Positions 1 to 10,525 of a stretch of DNA of 64,000 nucleotides are shown piece after piece (positions within the stretch are counted from its first letter, which is position 1; each line of letters begins with the position of its first letter). The DNA lies in the NCBI GenBank assembly GCA_900551855.1, contig URXM01000006.1, positions 3,185 through 67,184 on the forward strand. The letters run 5' to 3'. Below the pieces are notes generated by a model. The model was given only the letters and a program-made list of their open reading frames with translations. It was not told the DNA's origin and did not search any database. Position numbers and translations under genes: made by a program. The DNA comes from an uncultured Eubacteriales bacterium. GTDB lineage: Bacteria > Bacillota > Clostridia > Christensenellales > UBA1242.

Positions 1-412
1 TTGATATTGAAGTTTCAAGTTCAATCTTCATAATAGCCTTATCCAGTTTAACCATGTCTGGATGAGTATTTGAATGAGTTCCTATTTCCAACCCCGCCTC
101 ATCAATCGCTTTAACCATATCTGGATAATCGTCCACCCAAAATCCCACAAGGAAGAATGTCGCCGAACAATCAAACTCGTTTAAAATGTCAATAATTCCT
201 TGAGTTTTATCCGCGCCCCAAGCGGCATCAAAAGAAATAGCGACTTGTTTTTCTTCCGTTTCCACATTATAGATAGGCACCTTGCGAGTAGAATACCCAA
301 AATATACTTGTGCTGATGTTGTCCCGTTTACAGAAATAGATAAAAGCACGACAACCAAAACCATAGCAACAAAAATTTTCAATGTTCTCGATTTGATAAC
401 ATAGAAATGCAT
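1..412 (-). CDS. polysaccharide deacetylase (NodB-homology, PdaA/PdaB-like); 3' part runs off the left edge
   Basis: Not in the ORF track because it is edge-truncated. My translation from the ATG at 412 reads MHFYVIKSRTLKIFVAMVLVVVLLSISVNG...VAISFDAAWGADKTQGIIDILNEFDCSATFFLVGFWVDDYPDMVKAIDEAGLEIGTHSNTHPDM. It has an N-terminal hydrophobic anchor plus the FDAAWG and H-S-x-x-H NodB-type motifs. Confidence 0.75.
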   Translation of the reverse strand, partial: MHFYVIKSRTLKIFVAMVLVVVLLSISVNGTTSAQVYFGYSTRKVPIYNVETEEKQVAISFDAAWGADKTQGIIDILNEFDCSATFFLVGFWVDDYPDMVKAIDEAGLEIGTHSNTHPDMVKLDKAIMKIELETSIS

Positions 413-615
413 TATACAAACCTCGCTTTTATTTTATAACTAATCAACATATTCAACAATGCTTATTTTGTGAGATATAAACAAATATTGTCCTGAAATG
501 TCGAATTTACTAAGTACAATATATCTATATCCCTATTCTCAAAATATTAGAACAAAAATATTGAAAACAACAAAAAAAAGACTGGATAATTTCCAGTCCT
601 TTTTATAAACATTTT

Positions 616-3600
616 TTAAGCCCAATAGAAAATTTTAAGCGCCAAATGGTTATTAACCGTTATCCAAATAGAGCTATCCAAATTTGTTGAGTTGGAATTG
701 TAATTGCCGTTAAATTTGCTTGTTGTACCAGTTTGTGTACCATTTACCACAACATATAACCCATTGATATAATAGCAATCACTAATTGAAGTTGTGCCAT
801 TTACCAATCCATTTATATTCTGCCCTTCATTTGAAGAAATAATTCCAGAATTAAAACTTTGATCAATTGTTGTATTAGAATCTGCAAAACCAATCAAGCC
901 TCCAACATATTCACAATAATTTGTGTTTGTTATATTTCCTTGATTTGCACATGCAACAAAATCACAATTTTCAGATTTTCCTACAATTCCTCCAATATAT
1001 TGTTGATAAACAAAAGGTGACAAACTCGCTCCATCAGGATTCAAATAAACTTCAACTTCCTTTCCGTAAATTGAATAAAATTTGATGCTATTTATCTGTA
1101 TATTGCTCAAATTGTTTACATTCTCAATTGTAGAATTCTTAGCACTTCCAATCAAACCACCCACATAAGAATAACCTGAAATGTTGGCACTTGAATTTTT
1201 AAGGCTTACATTTTTTATTGTTGCATTTTCAACATAACCAAAAAGTCCACGATAGCTTATATTATAATTGCCCAAATTGAGATTCTCTATCAAATGGTTG
1301 TTTCCATTGTATACTCCTTTGAATGGAGTTTCAATAGAACCAATAGGATTAAACAAAATTCCAGACATATCAATATTTGCAGTTTGATTTATAGTTATGC
1401 CTTCAAATGTGTTTCCTTGTGCAACCTGTCCACTAAGCCATACCAAATCTTGCGCAGAACTAATTGAATATACACTCTTATTTGGATTTATTGTATAAGA
1501 ACTATCTGTCGTGTTGTAAGTTATAAATTTTGCAACAATAGAAACATCTCCTATATTTCCAACAATTAAATTGTTTATAAATGTATATTCTTCATCCAAA
1601 GATAACAATTTGTTGTTATAATACCAACCAATAAACTTATAACCATATGGAACAGAATTTATAGAAACAGTCACTGGAGCATAATAACTAACCATATATC
1701 CAACATCGTTATAAAAATCTAAGACTCTGCCACCATCTTCTTTTGTGGTCATTGAAATGCTTACATTTTTGCTGCCAACATCTTGATTGTTAACATTTAT
1801 TTTCCCTGTCAATTTATAAGTGTTTAATGTACTATACACATAAATATTTAACTCGTAAGATTGCATTGGTCCAGATGAATTAGGATAATGATATTTAATA
1901 TATTGTTCCAATAAATTAGAAAATTTATCATTTGCATTTAATGCCGAACTAGTTGGAAGGCTAGAAGAGTTTGCAAAAACAATTTTAGCATTGGAATAAC
2001 TTGAAGATAAACTATTGTAAAGTATATTATAAGAATTGCTTACAGTATATGAATTTGTTCCATTGATATAAGCAAAATACTGATCACTGAATGTCAACAT
2101 ATCTGTTCCAAACAAACTCTTATATGCGTCTGCAGATATATCACCAAACATCAAACTCCTAAAATTGTTTGAATCAACCTTTGTATATTGACTTGTAGAT
2201 TTGTATGTGTTTAACATATTGTTGATTTTGATTGTGTAATTTATTTCTTGTCTGGTCACATAAATCACAAACGAAGTCATTTTTAATGCATCATTTCCAA
2301 AGGTTGACAAACCATTTATTAAGTCATCAGATGAAAGCAAAATCTTCGTGCTCTGATAATCACATTCAATATTTTCTTTTATTTCATGTTCTTGACTAGT
2401 CTCACCATTCTTGTTAATGAAAACGGAATACTTGTAGCCATAATTTATATCAATCTTATTATCCTCTCCCAAATTCAAATAATCTTTTGTAACCATTTGA
2501 GTGCCATTATAACTTGTGCCTTTCATACTTACTAATTCTGTAAAATCGCTATTTGGATTCCATTCTGAAACAATGGTTATTTCATAAATTATTGGTACAA
2601 AATATACATCAAAATTCTCAAATCTATAATCAAAATCATATTCAACCTTGCCTAAAACGACATCTTCAGCCGCTTCAGAAGAAAGTTCATGATTTGATGA
2701 ATCAACTAATTTTCCAACATTATTCTGTTGAAAGTTATGATATTTTGTTATCTCTTCTTTTGTAAATACAATTTTATTGACAGCATAGCCTAAATTTGGA
2801 GTCGCTGTAATAGTAATTGGATCTAAATAATACACATTAGTATAATTTTGAGCTGTTCCACCTTTACTTCCATTACTTTCAAGGTTTGCTAAAGAAAAGT
2901 TTTTATAAGTATGGACACCCACATTTACAGTCTGAGCTATACTTGCAAAACTGAATTTAAAATAAATTGGGTTTTCATCAATATAGGCATTATTTTCAAA
3001 TCTTACATAAATTTTACGACTTCCTGAATTTACTGTCTCTGAATAATATGCTTGTGACTGCTCATAAGTACCATCATTTCGTATAGAAAGTTTTGAAAAA
3101 GTAAAGTGTAAAGGATTGTATTCTACCCAGAACAGATTAGTATATCTTCGCATAAGAGTATAATCTGCACCATTTAAATATGGGATTCTGTCTGATGTGG
3201 AAGTAACCTTCTTTTCCACTAATTTTGAAGTGCCACTATCCCATGCATAATAACTTATTGTTGAAATATCATCAGAATAACTTAAATAATAACTTTCTCC
3301 TCGTTTATTCCATTCAATTTGAATTCTTGCAGTTGAAACACTGCTCATAGGCACAATAACATTTTGATATGCACTACCCATTCCCCTTGTACTTCTTTCA
3401 CTATCAGAATAGTAATTGTATACCAATGGAGACATAAGCCAATCATATGAAGTACCATAACTTGTTCTTACTTCATTGTTAAATGAAATTGAATCATATC
3501 CTGCATATTTATTAGTTGTCCAATTATAGCTTGCATTATAAAATGAATACTTTGTTAAAAAACTATAAGTTTTTAAAGATCCACTTGAATAACCACCGGC

Positions 3601-5406
3601 AGAACCAGATGGTGCATACCCTGAGGTGTAATTGTTATTTCCATAACATTTTACAACTTTTCCAGTACCATTCATAAAACCTACGATTTGTCCATAATTT
3701 GAACTTCCTGAAACTTTGCTATAGTTTATACAATTAGAAATATAAACATTTGTTTTTGCATCTTCATGCCCCAAATTAAAGAACCAGCTACCAGCTTTTT
3801 CTTCTTTCCCAATTTGTCCAGCGATTCCACCAATAGAATTGCTATTAGATCCACCAGTTACAACCCCATGATTTATACATGAAGTAATAAGCCCAGCGTC
3901 CATAATCCATCCAGCAATGCCACCAATATTTCTAATACTTTTTGAAGAAGTTACAGTAATATTCCCATAATTTGCAGAAGAATAAATGTATGTTCCACTT
4001 GTATTGCTTACTCCCAAAATTCCGCCATATCCACTATCGGTACAATTGTCAGAGTTTAATGTAAGTTTTAAATCACCAAAATTAGCACATTCATAAATTT
4101 TTATACTGTTGTTTTGATTTACTGCCAAAATACCTCCAACGAAAGTATTATAAACATTAGATACAGTAATCTTTCCGTAATTTATGCATTCATATATTTT
4201 ATATTCAGAGCCTGACAAGTTCAAAAGATTGGCTATTATACCTCCAACACAATTGATTAAAGAACCAGGCCCCACATAGTAGTAAATATTACCACTAAAA
4301 ATATTTCTATAGCACCACATATTCCCTCTTGTAGATCTCAAAAGGCCTATAATTCCTCCAAAAGCAGTGCCATAACTTGTTATATTTCCAGAACCTTGAG
4401 CATTCAAGTAAATGTCACTAGAACATTCGCATTCCTTAACATCATAAGTTGTTGTAGCTACAATGCCACCTACGACAAGTTCTCTAAATTGTGCCAATTC
4501 ATAAAAATATATATCTATCAAAGCAGAACATGAACAATCAGAAATTGTAGACATATCTATTGAAGTACCTACTACTCCTCCAATATTCATGCTCCCTGAA
4601 ATAGTATAATAATTATCTCTATTTTGCTCATAAATCATACTTACACTATCATTAGAAACATTTGAAATGTTCCCGCCAGACAACATCCCAACAGCCCCAC
4701 CAACATGTAGCCATAAAGATGAATTGCCAGTGACATCGCTTTCAATATTAATTTTGCCATTTTTTAATGTAAAGTCTTTTATTGTTGCATTATAGGCAAA
4801 TCCAAACAATCCTATACCAGCAGAATTAGAATATGTAAAATTAACTGATTCATCTCCATAATCAAATGTATTTTCACATAAATATTTACTTGCAACTCCT
4901 TGGGGACCTTTTACAGATATAGTTAATCCTGAAATTGTATGCCCATTACCATCGAAATTTCCAGAAAAATAGTATGGATGCCAAGTAGTTGTTGCAAAAA
5001 TCCACCAACCATCGGTTGTTGAATATGCACTTGTACCTATTGGTGTCCAATAATGTGCAGATATATCAATATCCGCAGTCAATTTAACATAAGCATCTTT
5101 ATATAACAATCCAGTATTAGAATTTTTATAATTGTTGTTCACCATAAATGCAAAATTTGCAAGCGTTTGAGCAGAACCAATCAAATATGGATCATTGACT
5201 GTACCACTCCCAGAAGGTCTGTTTGATGTTGCCTTATCTGCCCAATAACCACTTGCTGTTGCACTTATTTCTTGGTCTTCTTCTTGAGATTCTGTCTGTT
5301 CTTGAGATGTAGTTGCAGTAAGTGATTTATCAATGATAAAAACACTGCCACATGCCAGTCCCAAAGACATAAACACAGCAATCAGCAAAATAAGAATTCT
5401 CTTCAT
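616..5406 (-). CDS. giant secreted/surface protein with GLUG-type (parallel beta-helix-like) repeats and an InlB-B-repeat-like module
   Basis: 1596-aa ORF with signal or lipoprotein-like N-terminus MKRILILLIAVFMSLGLACG. It contains many degenerate repeats of the form GG[IL][IVA]G...N.G.I, for example IGGIAGWIMDAGLITSCINHGVVTGG and VGGLIGSAKNSTIENVNN. It has one YGYKFIGWYYNNKLL module of Listeria-Bacteroides repeat type and a strongly N/S/Y/T-rich composition. Confidence 0.8.
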   Translation of the reverse strand: MKRILILLIAVFMSLGLACGSVFIIDKSLTATTSQEQTESQEEDQEISATASGYWADKATSNRPSGSGTVNDPYLIGSAQTLANFAFMVNNNYKNSNTGLLYKDAYVKLTADIDISAHYWTPIGTSAYSTTDGWWIFATTTWHPYYFSGNFDGNGHTISGLTISVKGPQGVASKYLCENTFDYGDESVNFTYSNSAGIGLFGFAYNATIKDFTLKNGKINIESDVTGNSSLWLHVGGAVGMLSGGNISNVSNDSVSMIYEQNRDNYYTISGSMNIGGVVGTSIDMSTISDCSCSALIDIYFYELAQFRELVVGGIVATTTYDVKECECSSDIYLNAQGSGNITSYGTAFGGIIGLLRSTRGNMWCYRNIFSGNIYYYVGPGSLINCVGGIIANLLNLSGSEYKIYECINYGKITVSNVYNTFVGGILAVNQNNSIKIYECANFGDLKLTLNSDNCTDSGYGGILGVSNTSGTYIYSSANYGNITVTSSKSIRNIGGIAGWIMDAGLITSCINHGVVTGGSNSNSIGGIAGQIGKEEKAGSWFFNLGHEDAKTNVYISNCINYSKVSGSSNYGQIVGFMNGTGKVVKCYGNNNYTSGYAPSGSAGGYSSGSLKTYSFLTKYSFYNASYNWTTNKYAGYDSISFNNEVRTSYGTSYDWLMSPLVYNYYSDSERSTRGMGSAYQNVIVPMSSVSTARIQIEWNKRGESYYLSYSDDISTISYYAWDSGTSKLVEKKVTSTSDRIPYLNGADYTLMRRYTNLFWVEYNPLHFTFSKLSIRNDGTYEQSQAYYSETVNSGSRKIYVRFENNAYIDENPIYFKFSFASIAQTVNVGVHTYKNFSLANLESNGSKGGTAQNYTNVYYLDPITITATPNLGYAVNKIVFTKEEITKYHNFQQNNVGKLVDSSNHELSSEAAEDVVLGKVEYDFDYRFENFDVYFVPIIYEITIVSEWNPNSDFTELVSMKGTSYNGTQMVTKDYLNLGEDNKIDINYGYKYSVFINKNGETSQEHEIKENIECDYQSTKILLSSDDLINGLSTFGNDALKMTSFVIYVTRQEINYTIKINNMLNTYKSTSQYTKVDSNNFRSLMFGDISADAYKSLFGTDMLTFSDQYFAYINGTNSYTVSNSYNILYNSLSSSYSNAKIVFANSSSLPTSSALNANDKFSNLLEQYIKYHYPNSSGPMQSYELNIYVYSTLNTYKLTGKINVNNQDVGSKNVSISMTTKEDGGRVLDFYNDVGYMVSYYAPVTVSINSVPYGYKFIGWYYNNKLLSLDEEYTFINNLIVGNIGDVSIVAKFITYNTTDSSYTINPNKSVYSISSAQDLVWLSGQVAQGNTFEGITINQTANIDMSGILFNPIGSIETPFKGVYNGNNHLIENLNLGNYNISYRGLFGYVENATIKNVSLKNSSANISGYSYVGGLIGSAKNSTIENVNNLSNIQINSIKFYSIYGKEVEVYLNPDGASLSPFVYQQYIGGIVGKSENCDFVACANQGNITNTNYCEYVGGLIGFADSNTTIDQSFNSGIISSNEGQNINGLVNGTTSISDCYYINGLYVVVNGTQTGTTSKFNGNYNSNSTNLDSSIWITVNNHLALKIFYWA

Positions 5407-5501
5407 ATATCTATATTATAAACAAAATCTGACATTTCACAAAATAATTTGACAAAATTTTTACAATATTGACACAAAATATTGTAGCAATATAGCAAAA
5501 T

Positions 5502-5533
5502 AAAAAAATTGGATTTCTTCAATCCAATTTTTT
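5502..5533 (-). terminator. rho-independent terminator downstream of the topoisomerase A-subunit gene
   Basis: Hairpin aaaattggatt-tcttc-aatccaatttt with an 11-bp perfect stem. A T-run follows on the minus strand, and the hairpin overlaps the stop codon at 5532-5534. Confidence 0.65.
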
Positions 5534-8282
5534 AATCAACAAAATCATAAACTCCCAAGAATTTCTTTTTGATTTCTTCTTGTCCAACATTCAATCTATC
5601 ATTAGAAATTTTAAATTTTTTGCTTTCTAAAAGTGTAAATTTCAAACCATGATCCACAACAACTTTATCGTTTGTTCCAGCATAAGCAACACTCTTTCCA
5701 TTTCCAGCGAAATTGATATATTTTACACCTTTTCTGTATCTTGCACAGATAGGGATTTGAAGAGCATTCAAGCGTTTTACATAACCATTGTTTGTGACAA
5801 TCATATAATCATCACTGACATTTTGTCCGGCATAGATAACACAATCTTTTTCTTCCAAGTTGATTCCCTTTACCCCGCCAGAAACTCTGCCTTGCAATGG
5901 GACTTCATTCTTTTCAAAGTTTACACAATAGCCATTTTTGCTTAACATAACAAAAGTTTTGCCTTTGATTTCGTGTTCAACATTTATAAGTTTGTCATCA
6001 TCAGCTACTTTCATAACTTGATAATAATTTTTAGCGACAATCAAATCTTTTTCAGAACTGCGTTTAACAATTCCTTTTTGAGTAAAGAATGCCACTTCGC
6101 CATCGCCCTCAACCTTCAAAACAGCGACAGGAGTTTCCATAATATCAATAGTTTTGTCAATTTGTTTTAAAGTTACGCCTTTTTCTCTCCACTTACATTC
6201 TGGCAATTTGTCAACGACCATCTTGACACAATTCCCTCTGTCAGTAAAGATCAAAACTGTATCAGTTGCCTTAACAGGCAAAACGCTTGTGTGAATATCA
6301 AACAAAGTGGAAGTATCAGAAAGATTTTTTGAAGATTTAGAATAATTTTTCATATTAACTTTCTTCAAAGTTTTCCCAGCAGAAAGAGCAATCAAATAGT
6401 CTTTTGTGTCTTCCATTTCTTCGATTTTTGTCAACTTGATTTCTTCATTTTTAATTTCGTGAGAGCGTCTAGGATTATTAAATTTTCTCTTAATTTCCAA
6501 AATTTCTTTCTTAACAACATCAAGTTGCATCTTTTTAGAATTTAAGATAGCCTCAAGTTCTTTGATTTTAGCTTTAAGTTCTGCAAGTTCTGCTTGAAGT
6601 TTGTTTACTTCCAAATTAACCAAACGAGCAAGCCTCATATCCAAAATTGCTTGAGCTTGCTTTTCTGAAAGAGCAAATTTTTCACGCAATCTTTGTTTTG
6701 CTTCGCTCACATTTGCAGAAGTTTTAATAATTTTTATAACAGCATCAATATTTTTTATAGCGATCAAAAGACCTTCAACAATATGGGCTCTGTCTTTTGC
6801 AACATTAAGATCAAATTTTGTTCTTCTTACAATAACATCTCTTTGGAAAGCAGTATAATAAGAGATGATATCCATAAGCCCCATAAGTTTCGGCTTCCCA
6901 CCAGCAATAGCAACCATATTGATTCCATAAGATACTTGCATGTTTGTTGATTGGAAAAGATATCCCAAAATCTTCTTGGCATTTGCATCTTTTTTAAGTT
7001 TAATCACAGCGCGCATACCATTACGGTCGCTTTCATCTCTGATTTCACTTATGACAGACAATTTGTCTTTATTTTTCTCTTTAAGCTCGGCAATTTTTTG
7101 CAATAACAACGCTTTGTTTACTTGATAAGGAAGTTCTGTAATTACCAAACTTTGCTTGTCGCCATTTTGTTCAATGCCGACCTTTGCACGAATGGTAATC
7201 TTTCCTTTACCAGTCTCATAAGCACTTCTTAATCCATCGCCAAAGATTAGTTCTCCGCCTGTAGGGAAGTCTGGTCCTTTAATGATTTTCATCATTTGAT
7301 CAAGTGTTATGTTTGGATTTTCAATATAAGCCACAACACCATCTATCACTTCACCCAAATTGTGTGGAGGGATGTTTGTAGCAACGCCAACAGCAATACC
7401 ACTCGCCCCATTAACAAGCAAGTTAGGAAATCTTCCAGGCAAAACATCTGGCTCTTTCAAAGTATCATCAAAGTTAAGTCCCCAACGAACTGTATCTTTT
7501 TCCAAATCTCTCAAAAGTTCCATAGCAAGAGGAGTCATTCTTGCTTCTGTATAACGCATAGCAGCAGCACTGTCCCCATCGACAGAACCAAAGTTTCCGT
7601 GACCATCAACAAGAGGAGCTCTAAGGATAAAGTCTTGTGACATACGAACCATTGCGTCATAAACAGAGCTATCTCCGTGTGGGTGATATTTACCCATACA
7701 ATCACCGACAATTCTTGCAGATTTTCTGTAAGGTTTGTCAGGAGTCAACCCAAGTTCGAGCATAGAATACAAAATTCTTCTTTGAACAGGTTTCAATCCA
7801 TCTTCAACTCTTGGCAAGGCTCTGTCCATAACAACATGCTCAGTGTAAGGGATCATAGAATCATGCAAAACTTCTTCCAAAGGTTTAAACAAAATTCCAT
7901 CTCCGCCATAAATTCCACCGCCACCATTGGAACCTCCATTGTTTCCATCTCCAGCGTTTTCATCTGCTTCATCAACACTCTCTACAACTTCTGTTTCAGA
8001 AATTTCAGAGTTTAAACTTATATCTTTTGACACTTCAGTTTTTGTTTTGTTCTCTTTTACAGCAACTTTTTCTTTCACTCCAGCACCCTTCTCTGTTGGT
8101 TGAGTTTTTGCAGAGTTAGACATCGACCAAAAATCCAACTGCCCCTCAAGAGTGACAGGAGTCTCTTCTTGTTTTTTCTCTTCTTTTTGAGCAGTCAAAA
8201 GTTCGTCATAACAAATTTGCCCTTCAATAGGTTCAATAACTACTGGTTTAAATTCTTCATCAGTTTTATTTTTATTGCTCAC
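5532..8282 (-). CDS. type IIA DNA topoisomerase subunit A (GyrA/ParC family; ParC-like because no GyrA box is seen)
   Basis: Contains [36 protein letters not shown] and [10 protein letters not shown] (catalytic Tyr region). I could not find a QRRGGKG GyrA box in the C-terminal domain. It lies directly downstream of the B-subunit gene and carries a ~135-aa acidic/Gly-rich N-terminal extension. Confidence 0.9.
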   Translation of the reverse strand: MSNKNKTDEEFKPVVIEPIEGQICYDELLTAQKEEKKQEETPVTLEGQLDFWSMSNSAKTQPTEKGAGVKEKVAVKENKTKTEVSKDISLNSEISETEVVESVDEADENAGDGNNGGSNGGGGIYGGDGILFKPLEEVLHDSMIPYTEHVVMDRALPRVEDGLKPVQRRILYSMLELGLTPDKPYRKSARIVGDCMGKYHPHGDSSVYDAMVRMSQDFILRAPLVDGHGNFGSVDGDSAAAMRYTEARMTPLAMELLRDLEKDTVRWGLNFDDTLKEPDVLPGRFPNLLVNGASGIAVGVATNIPPHNLGEVIDGVVAYIENPNITLDQMMKIIKGPDFPTGGELIFGDGLRSAYETGKGKITIRAKVGIEQNGDKQSLVITELPYQVNKALLLQKIAELKEKNKDKLSVISEIRDESDRNGMRAVIKLKKDANAKKILGYLFQSTNMQVSYGINMVAIAGGKPKLMGLMDIISYYTAFQRDVIVRRTKFDLNVAKDRAHIVEGLLIAIKNIDAVIKIIKTSANVSEAKQRLREKFALSEKQAQAILDMRLARLVNLEVNKLQAELAELKAKIKELEAILNSKKMQLDVVKKEILEIKRKFNNPRRSHEIKNEEIKLTKIEEMEDTKDYLIALSAGKTLKKVNMKNYSKSSKNLSDTSTLFDIHTSVLPVKATDTVLIFTDRGNCVKMVVDKLPECKWREKGVTLKQIDKTIDIMETPVAVLKVEGDGEVAFFTQKGIVKRSSEKDLIVAKNYYQVMKVADDDKLINVEHEIKGKTFVMLSKNGYCVNFEKNEVPLQGRVSGGVKGINLEEKDCVIYAGQNVSDDYMIVTNNGYVKRLNALQIPICARYRKGVKYINFAGNGKSVAYAGTNDKVVVDHGLKFTLLESKKFKISNDRLNVGQEEIKKKFLGVYDFVD

Positions 8283-8334
8283 TTCAAAACCTCAACTTTA
8301 AAATTTTTAATAAATACACTAAATTTCAAAACAA

Positions 8335-10287
8335 TTAAATGTTTTTATAATTTTTCATAAATGTGTCTTCTCTATCAAAATTTGCGTGCTCACTTATATA
8401 TTGTTTTCTTTCTTCAATGTTATCTCCCATTAAAGTGGTAATCATTTTTTCTGCTTGAGCCGCATCTTCAATAGTGACTTGAATCAAAGTTCTGTGTGCA
8501 GGATCCATAGTTGTTTCCCAAAGTTGTTCTGGATTCATTTCACCAAGACCTTTGTATCTTTGAATCATATAACCTTTTCCAGCACTTGCGACAGCATCAG
8601 CAAGTTCGGCATCGGAATAAACATATTTTTCATAATCTTTTTTATAAACCTTATAAAGTGGTGGAAGACCAATAAAGACATGTCCATCAGTAATCAAAGG
8701 TTTCATATAACGATAGAAGAAAGTAAGCAAGATTGCTCTAATATGAGCACCATCTTGGTCAGCATCTGACAAAATAATCACTTTGTTGTATCTAAGCGTT
8801 GACAAATCAAAGTCTTCGCCAAAACCAGTATCCAAAGCAGAAATAATTGTTCTTATTTCCTCATTTGCAAGCACTTGGTCAACCCTTTTCTTTTCAGCAT
8901 TCAAAGGTTTACCACGAAGAGGCAAAATAGCTTGAAATCTTCTGTCACGCCCTTGTTTCGCAGAACCACCCGCAGAATCACCTTCGACAATAAACAATTC
9001 ACTTTTTGTTCTGTCCCTAGAAGTTGAAGAAGCAAGTTTTCCAACAAGATTAAAGTTTTCTGCATTGTTTTTTGCACGAGTAAGTTCTTTTGCTTTCTTT
9101 GCGGCAAGTCTAACCTTTGCTGCCTGCTTTGCTTTGTTTATGATTATTTCAGCATAAGTAAAGTTCTTTTTGTCAGCCAACAATTTTCCAAGTTCTTGCA
9201 AAGACAAATTCTCAACTTCTGTTCTCGCTTCAGGGTTTCCAAGTTTTGTCTTTGTCTGTCCTTCAAATTGAACATTGTTCATCTTCACATTGATGACAGT
9301 GACAAGACCTTCCCTAAAATCTTCACCAAGAAGATTTGGCTCTTTATCTTTAAGCATATTGTTTGCTCTGGCAAAATCATTAAATGCTTTGGTAAACGCA
9401 CTCTTAAAACCAATTTCATGCATACCGCCTTCAGTTGTAGGAATGTTGTTTACATAAGAGAAAGTGTTTTCAGTGTAAGAATCTGTTGAAATAAAACTTA
9501 TTTCCAAATCAACAATTTTGCTTTCAGCATAGAAATATAAAGGCTCTTTAAATAGAGAATTTTTTCCTTCAACCAAATAAGAAACAAAATCTTTAATTCC
9601 ACCCTCAAAATGGAATTCACATTTTTCATTTGTCTCTTCATCATCAACCAAAATTTTAAGTCCCTTGTTTAAAAAAGCCAATTCACGAGCTCTTCTTGCA
9701 ATCAACTCAAAATTAAATTCCTGTTTACCAAAGACTCTGTCATCTGGCAAGAAAGTGACTTTTGTTCCTGTGGTATTACTTGTCCCAATTTCTCTCAATG
9801 GAGCAACAGGCACACCACTATGTATTTTCCCTTTTTCATCTTCATAAGAATGGAATTCAACAAAATATTTCTTTCCATCTTTGTTTACAGTCACTTGGCA
9901 CCAACGAGAAAGAGCATTGGTTACAGAAGCACCAACGCCATGAAGACCGCCAGAAAATTTGTAATTATCATTGTTAAACTTTCCACCAGCGTGCAAAGTT
10001 GTATAAACGACTTCAACACCACTTTTATGAAGAGTAGGATGCATATCAACAGGGATACCACGACCATTATCTTCAACTGTGGCACTGCCATCTTTGTTTA
10101 TAGTGATTCTAATTGTGTCGCCATAACCATTTGAAATTTCATCAATAGCATTATCAACAATTTCCCACAAAATATGATGGAATCCTCTAGAACTAGTCGT
10201 TCCGATATACATACCTGGACGAAGTCTAACAGCATCAAGTCCGTCAAGGACAACTATATCTTTTGATTCGTATTTCTTCTCAGCCAT
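8335..10287 (-). CDS. type IIA DNA topoisomerase subunit B (GyrB/ParE family)
   Basis: Contains LDGLDAVRLRPGMYIG, EIVDNAIDE (GHKL ATPase), and the Toprim motifs EGDSAGGSAKQGRDR and PLRGK. The ORF-track start at 10302 is a TTG. The ATG at 10287 (MAEKKYES) is preceded by GGGGTG and is more plausible. Confidence 0.9.
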   Translation of the reverse strand: MAEKKYESKDIVVLDGLDAVRLRPGMYIGTTSSRGFHHILWEIVDNAIDEISNGYGDTIRITINKDGSATVEDNGRGIPVDMHPTLHKSGVEVVYTTLHAGGKFNNDNYKFSGGLHGVGASVTNALSRWCQVTVNKDGKKYFVEFHSYEDEKGKIHSGVPVAPLREIGTSNTTGTKVTFLPDDRVFGKQEFNFELIARRARELAFLNKGLKILVDDEETNEKCEFHFEGGIKDFVSYLVEGKNSLFKEPLYFYAESKIVDLEISFISTDSYTENTFSYVNNIPTTEGGMHEIGFKSAFTKAFNDFARANNMLKDKEPNLLGEDFREGLVTVINVKMNNVQFEGQTKTKLGNPEARTEVENLSLQELGKLLADKKNFTYAEIIINKAKQAAKVRLAAKKAKELTRAKNNAENFNLVGKLASSTSRDRTKSELFIVEGDSAGGSAKQGRDRRFQAILPLRGKPLNAEKKRVDQVLANEEIRTIISALDTGFGEDFDLSTLRYNKVIILSDADQDGAHIRAILLTFFYRYMKPLITDGHVFIGLPPLYKVYKKDYEKYVYSDAELADAVASAGKGYMIQRYKGLGEMNPEQLWETTMDPAHRTLIQVTIEDAAQAEKMITTLMGDNIEERKQYISEHANFDREDTFMKNYKNI

Positions 10288-10525
10288 AAACACCCCAAAC
10301 AATTATGTTTTTTCTTTAATATTTTACCACAAAAATAAAAATTATTAAAACAAAAACCGGCATTTGCATAATATTTTCCACAAAAATTGATTACCATATG
10401 TATTTTTAAAAGCATTGCTGCATATTTATTCATTTTTGCAAATATTTATTCAAACATAATTTTCTTTTTAAAACGAATATAATGTTTTATTAAATCAAAC
10501 AATAAAACAAAGAAAAGGAGAAAAT

